64,000 nucleotides of DNA from Patescibacteria group bacterium (lineage in GTDB: Bacteria > Patescibacteriota > Patescibacteriia > SG8-24 > DYFX01). Location of the stretch: assembly GCA_041659045.1 (NCBI GenBank), contig JBAZZB010000004.1, positions 28,129-92,128 of the forward strand, given 5' to 3'. The notes beneath the pieces are model-generated. The model saw only the letters and a list, made by a program, of their open reading frames with translations, searched no databases and was not told the origin of the DNA. The position numbers and the translations under genes are program-made. Below, one piece after another: positions 1-7,863 of this stretch; position 1 is the first letter of the stretch; the number at the start of each line of letters is the position of its first letter.

Positions 1-157
1 TGACGGTAACAGGGAGTGAGCGCCAGCCCCGTGCGTTCGCGCCGAAGCGTTTCTTGATATCAGCCGCCTGTTTTTTCGACAGCGTGATGAAATGCCAAGC
101 GGCCTTGCCGTGATACGGCCAGATCTCCGCGCGCAGGGCGTAGACATTCGTTTTCAT
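1..157 (-). CDS. DUF1905-like protein, 5' part (runs off window start)
   Basis: Manual translation from ATG at 157: MKTNVYALRAEIWPYHGKAAWHFITLSKKQAADIKKRFGANARGWRSLPVTV; the W-x-F and GW-x-SLPV pattern recalls DUF1905. Confidence 0.7.
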   Translation of the reverse strand, partial: MKTNVYALRAEIWPYHGKAAWHFITLSKKQAADIKKRFGANARGWRSLPVTV

Positions 158-177
158 AGCATTCGCAGTATACAAGA

Positions 178-199
178 AAAGAGCCCCGAAGGGCTCTTT
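178..199 (-). terminator. Intrinsic terminator after rplS
   Basis: AAAGAGCCC-CGAA-GGGCTCTTT hairpin with T-run on minus strand. Confidence 0.75.
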
Positions 200-202
200 A
201 TC

Positions 203-529
203 TTACTTCTTGCCTTTTTGTTCGACGAGCAAGTTCGTTTCCTTCAAGCGCTTCTTGGAGTCGCGCAGGAAGTAGAGCTTGGCCCTGCGAACCTTGGCTT
301 GCTTGGTCGGCTCGATTTTGTCGATCGACGGCATGTTCAGCGGGAAAATCTTTTCGACACCGATGCCGCCAGAGACCTTACGGACGGTGATCGTCTTGGA
401 GACGCCAGCGCCGCGGACCTTGAGCACCATGCCCTCGAAGATCTGGATGCGCTCCTTTTCTTCGCCCTTCGGGGTGGTTTCTTTGATTTTCTGGTGAACC
501 CGAACGGTCATTCCAGGCTTAATTTCCAT
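203..529 (-). CDS. rplS: 50S ribosomal protein L19
   Basis: [12 protein letters not shown]...ERIQIFEG...[18 protein letters not shown]...[11 protein letters not shown]; ATG at 529 preferred. Confidence 0.97.
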   Translation of the reverse strand: MEIKPGMTVRVHQKIKETTPKGEEKERIQIFEGMVLKVRGAGVSKTITVRKVSGGIGVEKIFPLNMPSIDKIEPTKQAKVRRAKLYFLRDSKKRLKETNLLVEQKGKK

Positions 530-1067
530 AGGTGACAAGTGATGCGATCAGGTCAGCCACCTCTTTGGGGGCGTACCGATCCGTTTGAATGACCGCATCA
601 TAGTATGCGGTCGATGAGGTGTCAAGGCCGTAGAGCGCCTTCAGGCGGTGGGCGACTTCCCGCTCCCGTTGGCGGCTGGCCTTGAGGGCGGCGGGGGCGG
701 AGATGCCGTCCCGTTTCGCGACGCGCCGCGCGCTCTCCTTGGGATCGACGGTCAGGAAGATTCTGGTCGCCTTGATGCGCATCTTTTTTGAAAGATAGGC
801 CGAGGCGCGGCCATCGAGGACGACTCCGCCTTTTTTCGCGGCGATCATCATGCGCTGGTCGAGTTCCTTGTCGAATTCCGGATGCTTGGCGGCGTAGCGA
901 CCAAGTTCGATCAGTGACTGTCCGCGTTCTTTGGCGATGGCGCGGAATTGATCGCCGGCGCTGACGTGCTTCAGCTTGAAGCGTTTGGCGATGGCAGTAG
1001 CAGCCGTCGATTTTCCAGAACCGGCCAAGCCACAAATGATGACGACGAGCTTCTTAGGCTTTGGCAT
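519..1067 (-). CDS. cmk: Cytidylate kinase-like (archaeal-type NMP kinase)
   Basis: Walker [18 protein letters not shown]-x-ELD, VVLDGR, YD-x-VI-x-T motifs. Confidence 0.8.
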   Translation of the reverse strand: MPKPKKLVVIICGLAGSGKSTAATAIAKRFKLKHVSAGDQFRAIAKERGQSLIELGRYAAKHPEFDKELDQRMMIAAKKGGVVLDGRASAYLSKKMRIKATRIFLTVDPKESARRVAKRDGISAPAALKASRQREREVAHRLKALYGLDTSSTAYYDAVIQTDRYAPKEVADLIASLVTYGN

Positions 1068-1995
1068 GTTTCTTTCTTAAGGTGTCTACGAGCGTTTCGA
1101 GTTCGGGCGGGAGCGCTGAGTGGTATTCGTGCCATTCCCCGGCGAGGTCTTTGAAGCCGAGCGTCGCGGCATGGAGGAAGAGGCGCGTGTTTCGAAGCGA
1201 GGGCGTCTCGTGCTTCGTGCCGGCGTAGAGATCGTCGCCGACGAGCGGGTGTCCGATCGATTTCATGTGGACGCGCACCTGGTGCATGCGCCCCGTCTCT
1301 GTGCGGACTTTGACGAACGCAGCCTGTGGGAAGCGCTCGAGAATGTCGTAGTGGGTGCGGGCTTCTTTGTCGCCTTCATGCGCCGCGGCGCGAGCCGACA
1401 TGCGGCCCTTACCCTTCTTGCGGCCAATCGGCGTTTCGATCAGATCGAAATCTTTGGACGGCTGGCCGTAGACGAGTGCCAAGTATTCCTTCTTGATTTC
1501 GTGCGCTTGGAATTGCTTTTTCAAATGCGTGTAGGCCTTTTTCGTTTTTGCGATGACCATGAGGCCAGAGGCTTCGCGGTCGAGGCGGTGCACGATACCG
1601 GGGCGCTCTTTGGCGTCGCCGACACCCTTGATTTTCGGATGGTGTTCGAGCAAGAAGTCGACAAGCGTCGATGTTTTCTGCGACGGCGCCGGATGCACGA
1701 GGAGGCCGGACGGCTTGTTGATGACGAGATACTCGTCCGTCTCGTCCACGATCGGCACGCTCGGGACTTCCATCTTTACCTTCTTGAGCGAGGCTTTCGA
1801 AGCCGCTTTTTCAATCTCAACCACGTCGTCCTTTTTCAGGATAAGGTGCGCTTTCGGCTTTTTTCCGTTCACCAAAATACCGCCTTCCTTAATTTGCTTC
1901 TGGAAAGCGCTGCGGGACTTTTCGGAAAATTGCTGGACGAGCCAGGCGTCGAGGCGTTCGCCGGCTTCGTATTCGGGGACGACGATCTTCTTCAT
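1054..1995 (-). CDS. rluD: RluA/RluD-family pseudouridine synthase
   Basis: S4 domain (RLDAWL...SRS), INKPSGLLVHP, GIVHRLDREASG, TGRMHQVRVH, LFLHA. Confidence 0.9.
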   Translation of the reverse strand: MKKIVVPEYEAGERLDAWLVQQFSEKSRSAFQKQIKEGGILVNGKKPKAHLILKKDDVVEIEKAASKASLKKVKMEVPSVPIVDETDEYLVINKPSGLLVHPAPSQKTSTLVDFLLEHHPKIKGVGDAKERPGIVHRLDREASGLMVIAKTKKAYTHLKKQFQAHEIKKEYLALVYGQPSKDFDLIETPIGRKKGKGRMSARAAAHEGDKEARTHYDILERFPQAAFVKVRTETGRMHQVRVHMKSIGHPLVGDDLYAGTKHETPSLRNTRLFLHAATLGFKDLAGEWHEYHSALPPELETLVDTLRKKHAKA

Positions 1996-2046
1996 AGAGG
2001 AAGGATAATGGAAGGAGGCGAAAAAAGAAAATCGTCCGGGCTGGAG

Positions 2047-2580
2047 TCATGTCGCGCGGACGAGCTTGGGTTCGAGACTGTTGGCGTTGAAGGGGCAGGG
2101 TGGAACGCGCGTGAGCCGTACGGTTCTGACGAGGTCGGTCACGGTTTGGTCGAAGGCATGCAGGGCCGCATCGTGCACCGGTGGAAGCGAGCGCGTCATG
2201 TCATCGACGGCATGTCGCGCGTTCCAGTACAGCCGATGCAGGTCGTAGCGCGCGCCTCGGAAGAGGATGTCAGCGGGGAACAAGCGAAGGAACTCTGCTT
2301 GTTCGTGGAGGATGGCGGCCTGGTCTAGCGGCGCCATTGTTCGCAGGCGGCCGTTGTCGTTGGCACTTCGTAGGTACAGTTCGTACACCATCGAGAACAG
2401 GCGCAAGAACCCGTAGACATGCTTGTTGCGTCCCAGTCCCTGCAGCCCCCCGGTGAGGAGCCGCTTGACCGGATGCCGGGCCGGAAGGCCCGCCGCGAAA
2501 AGCTTCGCGGGCTCGTTGTCTGGAAGCATTGAGCCTTCCATGACGTCAAACACATTCGGATCAATGAACAGCTCGCTCAT
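2047..2580 (-). CDS. Hypothetical protein
   Basis: 177-aa ORF with own promoter (TTGACA-N17-TAAGGT, minus strand, ~2663-2635) and GAGGGG SD-like sequence. Confidence 0.6.
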   Translation of the reverse strand: MSELFIDPNVFDVMEGSMLPDNEPAKLFAAGLPARHPVKRLLTGGLQGLGRNKHVYGFLRLFSMVYELYLRSANDNGRLRTMAPLDQAAILHEQAEFLRLFPADILFRGARYDLHRLYWNARHAVDDMTRSLPPVHDAALHAFDQTVTDLVRTVRLTRVPPCPFNANSLEPKLVRAT

Positions 2581-2699
2581 ATCTTCCCCTCACGTAACCC
2601 CTCGCGGGGATGCGTCCACCATGGACGACGTGCGACCTTAACCTAAAACACACCGACTGTCAAGGAAGATATTTTTAACGAAGACTTCACGGTCTTTGC

Positions 2700-2728
2700 T
2701 TGACAAAACCTCGAAAATATGCTAAATT
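2700..2728 (+). promoter_or_regulatory. sigma70 promoter
   Basis: TTGACA-N17-TAAATT with extended -10 TG. Confidence 0.7.
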
Positions 2729-2755
2729 ATATAGGTATTTAAGCTGACCAACCCT

Positions 2756-3307
2756 ATGAAAAACATGGCTGAATCCATGCCGAGTCACGAAGAAAAACCT
2801 AAGCTTCATGACGTGACGGATACGGAAATCGACCAGTTGATGAAGGGTTTTGAGGAAGTGGATGTGGACCTCGTTCAAGAGGACACGGCTCATGCCGAAA
2901 ACATCCAATCGCTCGCAAGCTCCCTTGAGGATCTTGGTAACGAACTTCATGAAGAGCAGCACCCCGAAGAGGTGCGCTTGAAGGAGTTCAAAGTTTTGCT
3001 CGCCAAGCAGCTCGATCAGGCCGTTGAAGAAGAAACGGCTTACTTGCTCGAAGGCCGCGAAACGATTGATGGCGCCGACATGATCTCTGTCGTGATCGAG
3101 CGCGCGCTCGAGCGAGGCGGCGTCACGAAGGACGCTTCGAAGGCCATTGTCGATCGCTTCATGGAAAACGAAGCTTTGCGCCACGGCGCCAAACAGCGTC
3201 TCTTGGACGCCATCGAAGGCAAGATGCAGGATTCTGAAGTCGGTAACGACGAGGAGAAAATTTCCAAGCTCGAAAAAGCGCTCGACGCGCTTGAGAGCGC
3301 TTCCTAA
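2756..3307 (+). CDS. Hypothetical acidic helical protein
   Basis: 183-aa ORF between promoter and terminator, genome-like codon usage. Confidence 0.75.
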   Translation: MKNMAESMPSHEEKPKLHDVTDTEIDQLMKGFEEVDVDLVQEDTAHAENIQSLASSLEDLGNELHEEQHPEEVRLKEFKVLLAKQLDQAVEEETAYLLEGRETIDGADMISVVIERALERGGVTKDASKAIVDRFMENEALRHGAKQRLLDAIEGKMQDSEVGNDEEKISKLEKALDALESAS

Positions 3308-3318
3308 AGAAGCAATAC

Positions 3319-3342
3319 AAAACCGCCCTTCGGGGCGGTTTT
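3319..3342 (+). terminator. Intrinsic terminator
   Basis: AAAACCGCCC-TTCG-GGGCGGTTTT. Confidence 0.8.
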
Positions 3343-3379
3343 GCGTTCTTGGCTTCGGCAAGGTTAAATGGAGCAGCGT

Positions 3380-3455
3380 GGGCCCGTAGCTCAACGGTTA
3401 GAGCACCGAGCTTATATCTCGGCGGTCGATGGTTCAAATCCATCCGGGCCTACCA
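3380..3455 (+). tRNA. tRNA-Ile, anticodon TAT (UAU)
   Basis: Acceptor GGGCCCG/CGGGCCT, D-arm TAGCTCAACGGTTAGAGC, anticodon arm CCGAG-CTTATAT-CTCGG, T-loop GTTCAAATC, encoded CCA. Confidence 0.93.
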
Positions 3456-3518
3456 AATCGACCGCGGCGATGCCGGGGTCGATTTGTATAGCAAAGAAAG
3501 TTATACTGCAGGTGAAGT

Positions 3519-3764
3519 ATGAATGACTCTCGCCGAAAACTGATCCTCGCATGCGCGGCAGGTATCACGCTCGCGATCACTCTTTGGTTCGTGTGGTACC
3601 GACCCTGCGGTCGACTCTCCGGATTCGAGTCATACGCATGGGGTGGCAGCGCGCGGGCGTGCGAGCAGGCTGGTTGCCGTGTCATAAAAGGCAGAGAAGT
3701 GAAACCGCTTCCGCAGGCATTCGACACGGGAGGCTATCGCATTTGGTGTATTCCGAACATGTGA
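3519..3764 (+). CDS. Small membrane-anchored Cys-containing hypothetical protein
   Basis: N-terminal hydrophobic helix, 4 downstream Cys, TATACT 11 nt before ATG. Confidence 0.6.
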   Translation: MNDSRRKLILACAAGITLAITLWFVWYRPCGRLSGFESYAWGGSARACEQAGCRVIKGREVKPLPQAFDTGGYRIWCIPNM

Positions 3765-3797
3765 CGATCGAGGCGCGTTGATTTTGAATCGCAACGC

Positions 3798-4547
3798 ATG
3801 CATCTTCAAGAACCCTACGATCTCCTCGACCCCCTTTTTCTCGCGACGCGCGAGACATTCCCGGGGGAGAAAACTTTTCACGAATTAGCGAGAGGATTTT
3901 TCTCGCATGAGGCGGCAGAGCTGCGCGGTCGGAAAATTGCGGAGTTGCACGCCAGTACGGGCGTTCTCGTGCACATGGCCAACCCTGAGCAGCTCGACGA
4001 TTTGTTCGCGCACATTCATCGTCAGCACAAAGTGCGGTATCTTTCGACAACCTATCTGCACAAAGACATCCGTACATCGGTTTACGCGATCGGGCGCGGA
4101 ACTGGTATTTTGATCGATCCGGCGCAGGTGAAGATCGAACACGTGTCGCTCAACGATTCGAACAGCGAGACGGATCATGATGGTCGTCTGGTCGCAAGCG
4201 ACGACAAAAAAGTTTCAACGATCGAAGAATTGCACGCGGCGTTGCTCGCGGAAAAGCGCGATGATTGGAACGAGATCAACGCCAGTTTTGAAGGCGCATC
4301 ACCGATTCTCGGCTTTTTCGCGCTCGATGGCGTGATGTCGAAACTCTACGCTTCCGCGCTTTGGATCAAGGCTGGCGGACTCTTGCCGGTCTATACCTAT
4401 AATAGGGGAGCCAATCTTTTGGCGGAGTTTACGCCGACGCCCGAAGCGATCCGCGCGTTCGCCGATCAAACGACGAGCCCACATTTACGCGAAAAATATC
4501 GATCGCTGGCGCCTCTTTTGGAGCGGGTAGAGGCGCGTGTTTCTTGA
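3798..4547 (+). CDS. Hypothetical protein
   Basis: 249-aa ORF followed by a hairpin at ~4555-4583. Confidence 0.7.
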   Translation: MHLQEPYDLLDPLFLATRETFPGEKTFHELARGFFSHEAAELRGRKIAELHASTGVLVHMANPEQLDDLFAHIHRQHKVRYLSTTYLHKDIRTSVYAIGRGTGILIDPAQVKIEHVSLNDSNSETDHDGRLVASDDKKVSTIEELHAALLAEKRDDWNEINASFEGASPILGFFALDGVMSKLYASALWIKAGGLLPVYTYNRGANLLAEFTPTPEAIRAFADQTTSPHLREKYRSLAPLLERVEARVS

Positions 4548-4588
4548 AAAGAAAACACCCAGCCCCGTGAGTGGGGATGGGTGCCTTC

Positions 4589-4665
4589 TGGTGCGCGCTG
4601 AAGGAGTCGAACCTTCGACCTTCTCGACGTCAACGAGACGCTCTAGCCAACTGAGCTAAGCGCGC
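4589..4665 (-). tRNA. tRNA-Val, anticodon GAC
   Basis: Reverse complement GCGCGCTTAGCTCAGTTGGCTAGAGCG-TCTCG-TTGACGT-CGAGA-AGGTCGAAGGTTCGACTCCTTCAGCGCGCACCA. Confidence 0.97.
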
Positions 4666-4785
4666 TCATGGCTGCCCACACGTTATACGATTCAAAAGAT
4701 TTTGGCAAGACCCGTCCCCAAGGGGATTCTTCGGCCGGCTTGTCCACTTCGCAAGCGGCGCGCGGTGCTATACTTTCCTTATACT

Positions 4786-5859
4786 ATGCGCGCGTTCAAG
4801 CATTTCCTTTTTGTCCTCTTGGTACTCGGAGTCATCGCTGGGGCGGGTTTCGGCGTGCTGTGGGTCAAACATCGCGTCGAGGCGTATTCTTTGGAGAATG
4901 TTGTGGTTGAACCGGCGCCACCACAGCCGAAACTGCCAAAAGCAGAAACGCCGATCGACGAACGCTTGGAGGGATTTCTCCCACGTGAAGACGGTGCGCG
5001 TTTGGCGTACGCGCCTGTGGCAGGAACAAAAATTTTGTCTGCTTCGTTTATCGATAACGGCACGCTCATGCTGACGACCAGCATGACGAAGGGGAAGGAA
5101 ACGCGCTGGAGCCTGGAACGGTTTGAGATCGCATCCGCGACGTCCGTGAAACTGCTCGACGGAACCTCGGCGCGTCTTGCTTCGAGCCATCGCCCGGCGC
5201 ATCGTAACGTTAATCGCTTCTGCTATTCCGAGCGCGATGCCAAGCGCGGAGTTTTTGAAATTTGGTGCGCCGACCTTGATGGCAAAAATCCGAAACAAGT
5301 CACGATGCATGACGGCAAAGAAGACTTGCTCGCCCCTGCGATTTCCCCGGACGGTCTTTGGATCGCCTTTGGGGTCGTCGCCGATAAGCCAAAGCCTCAG
5401 GGTTCGGCGATTTGGAAAGTCCGTTTGGACGGCTCCGACCTGCAACAGCTCACCCGCGGCGCCGACGATCGCCGTCCGACCTGGTCGGATGACGGCCGCA
5501 AAATCTACTTTCAGCGGAAACCCGTCATTGGCGGCACGAGCTGGGACATGTACGGCATGGATGCCGATGGCAAGAACTCGGGGCCGATCCTGCGCACATA
5601 TGAAGAAGACGAAGAATTTCCGGCGCGGCGCGCGTCTAGCGATGAATTCGTCGTTGTTGAATCTGCCAGCGGTACGGGCGCGCGGCTCAAACGCATCGAC
5701 GCGATTACAAAAGCGGGGGAGTACCTGACATCGGGCGCGAATGGTTCTGAAACCTCGCCTTCGGTTTCGCCGGACGGGCACGTGGTTGCTTTTGTTGCGG
5801 CCATCGCCCCTGATCAGCCAAACGCGCTCGGTGTATGGCTCACGCAAATAGAGCCTTGA
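4786..5859 (+). CDS. Membrane-anchored TolB-like (PD40 repeat) beta-propeller protein
   Basis: N-terminal TM; repeats PAISPDGLWIAF, PTWSDDGRKIYF, PSVSPDGHVVAF. Confidence 0.85.
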   Translation: MRAFKHFLFVLLVLGVIAGAGFGVLWVKHRVEAYSLENVVVEPAPPQPKLPKAETPIDERLEGFLPREDGARLAYAPVAGTKILSASFIDNGTLMLTTSMTKGKETRWSLERFEIASATSVKLLDGTSARLASSHRPAHRNVNRFCYSERDAKRGVFEIWCADLDGKNPKQVTMHDGKEDLLAPAISPDGLWIAFGVVADKPKPQGSAIWKVRLDGSDLQQLTRGADDRRPTWSDDGRKIYFQRKPVIGGTSWDMYGMDADGKNSGPILRTYEEDEEFPARRASSDEFVVVESASGTGARLKRIDAITKAGEYLTSGANGSETSPSVSPDGHVVAFVAAIAPDQPNALGVWLTQIEP

Positions 5860-5894
5860 AAAAAACGGTCGGACGTGCTACCCTCAGAACAGAT

Positions 5895-6248
5895 ATGCGC
5901 AAACTCGCGATGCTCCTCATGTTCACGCTTTTTGCCGCGGCTCTCCACTTCGGAGCCATGGCCGGCTTTCGCGTGATGACGGAGCTCGCCGCGGGTCACG
6001 CCGCGCACACGGAACATTCGATGCCGCTCGCGCCGACGTGTCCGGTCGGTTCGATCTGTCCCATGATTTCCAGCCCGCTTCTGAACTTGGACAAGAATGC
6101 GCCGCTTCTTGCGCTCGTGCTTTTTGTGGTGCTTCTCGCCGTCATTCGCCTGGCTTCACTCGCGACGTTTCCTCTTGCCTACGCAGGACCGCCGCGTTCC
6201 CGACCCAACAACGCCAATACGCTTTTGTCCGTCTTCAAGAGAGAGTAA
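5895..6248 (+). CDS. Small membrane protein; candidate regulatory leader of the copper operon
   Basis: Signal/TM, His-rich HAAHTEHSM, C-x5-C, second TM, YAGPP near C-terminus; first ORF after a -10 box. Confidence 0.65.
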   Translation: MRKLAMLLMFTLFAAALHFGAMAGFRVMTELAAGHAAHTEHSMPLAPTCPVGSICPMISSPLLNLDKNAPLLALVLFVVLLAVIRLASLATFPLAYAGPPRSRPNNANTLLSVFKRE

Positions 6249-6296
6249 GAGATTTCGATCGCTCGCGATCGGACGTTTCTTATTCTCTTTTGAATT

Positions 6297-7649
6297 ATGA
6301 AAACCTCACACAACTTCGCTGTTGACGGCATGCATTGCCGCAGCTGCGAACTCACCATCGAACGCAAACTTGGAAAAATTCCAGGCGTTTGCGGCGTCGA
6401 TGCGAACACGCCCAAAGGCGAGGTCTGCATTGAATGCGATGGCCCAGCACCCTCACTTGAAGCGTTAAATGCCGCTTTGAAGGGTGATGCCTACACGCTT
6501 CGTTGCCAGGGCTCGCCGTCCACTGAAAAGAAACCGAAGTTCGGACAGGTCTTCGGCGCCTTCGCCGCGGTCTTTCTGCTCGGCTGGTTCGCGTCAAAGA
6601 TCGGACTGCTCAAGATGAACTTCGCTATCGATGGCGCTTCCGGCTTCTGGCCGGTGTTCGTGATCGGCCTCCTCGCCGCTGCTTCATCTTGTATTGCGGT
6701 TTCTGGCGGTCTCCTGCTTTCCTCTTCCGCGAACTACAATCGCCGCTACGGTTCCGTCGACGGTGTCACGCGTATGACGCCGGTCTTGATGTTCGTTGCT
6801 GGACGCGTGCTTTCGTACGCGTTCTTCGGAGGACTCATCGCCGTGCTCGGCAAGATGCTCACGCCATCACCGTTCGTGACGGGCGGCATTATCGTGCTCG
6901 CTGCCGCCTACATGCTCATCATGGGTCTCGACATGCTGAAGATTGCGCCGTCATGGCTCAAGTCGATCCAGCCGCGTCTTCCGAAATGGGTCGCGCGCCG
7001 CATCGTCGATGCCGAAGGGCGCGAGCATCCGGCCATGCCCTTCCTGATGGGTGCGCTGACGTTCTTTATTCCCTGCGGTTTCACGCAGGCGCTTCAGGTG
7101 TACGCACTGACGGTCGGAAGCTTTGCGCAGGGCGGACTGATTCTCGCAGCCTTCGCGCTTGGTACCGCACCGTCGCTTCTTGCGCTTGGTTGGGCTTCGA
7201 CGTCTCTCAAAGGAACGACGGGCGAACGCTTCTTTCGCTTCGCTGGCGCACTCGTCGTCGTACTCGGCTTCTGGAATCTGCAGAACGGCCTGACAGCGAT
7301 GGGGTATCCGCTCTCGATGCCGACGTTCGCTGCACCTGCGGCAACCGCGCAGGCTGCGGACCCGAACGTGAAGGTTGTCGACGGTGTCCAAGTGATTCGC
7401 ATGAAGCTGTCAGTGAACCCTGCGTACAAGCCGAGTGATCGCTACACCGTGAAAGCCGGAATGCCCGTGCGTCTTGAAATTGCCGGCATCGGTACGGGTT
7501 GCCGTGGTCAGTTGATCGTGCCGAAAGCGCGTGCCAGCGTCACCTTGAACAAACAATTGAACGTCCTTGAATTCACTCCGAAAAAAGCCGGCGCGTACGC
7601 TTTCAGCTGCGCGATGGGAATGTTCCCCGGCGTCATTAACGCCATCTGA
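6297..7649 (+). CDS. HMA domain + DsbD_2/TauE-like membrane domain + cupredoxin-like domain protein
   Basis: GMHCRSC, SSCIAVSGG, FIPCGFTQ, C-terminal FSCAMGM. Confidence 0.88.
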   Translation: MKTSHNFAVDGMHCRSCELTIERKLGKIPGVCGVDANTPKGEVCIECDGPAPSLEALNAALKGDAYTLRCQGSPSTEKKPKFGQVFGAFAAVFLLGWFASKIGLLKMNFAIDGASGFWPVFVIGLLAAASSCIAVSGGLLLSSSANYNRRYGSVDGVTRMTPVLMFVAGRVLSYAFFGGLIAVLGKMLTPSPFVTGGIIVLAAAYMLIMGLDMLKIAPSWLKSIQPRLPKWVARRIVDAEGREHPAMPFLMGALTFFIPCGFTQALQVYALTVGSFAQGGLILAAFALGTAPSLLALGWASTSLKGTTGERFFRFAGALVVVLGFWNLQNGLTAMGYPLSMPTFAAPAATAQAADPNVKVVDGVQVIRMKLSVNPAYKPSDRYTVKAGMPVRLEIAGIGTGCRGQLIVPKARASVTLNKQLNVLEFTPKKAGAYAFSCAMGMFPGVINAI

Positions 7650-7650
7650 T

Positions 7651-7863
7651 ATGAAAACCACCATCAAGATCGAAGGTATGCATTGCGGTTCTTGCAAGGC
7701 GTTGATTGAAGACGTCGCGAAAGATGTTCCGGGCATCGTCTCGTGCGACGTCGACGTCGCGCATGGCAAAGCGGATATCGAACATACCGCAGACTTTGAA
7801 GCTTCAGAATTCGTCGCCGAGATTGCGAACCTTGATGCGGGATATAAAGCCCACTTGGTATGA
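7651..7863 (+). CDS. copZ: Copper chaperone (HMA domain)
   Basis: 70 aa, [15 protein letters not shown]...AGY. Confidence 0.88.
   Translation: MKTTIKIEGMHCGSCKALIEDVAKDVPGIVSCDVDVAHGKADIEHTADFEASEFVAEIANLDAGYKAHLV

Noticed and set aside
1120-2328. 402-aa plus-strand ORF and similar long antisense ORFs over tyrS, argS, nusA and the giant gene
   Set aside because: They overlap well-supported genes on the opposite strand.
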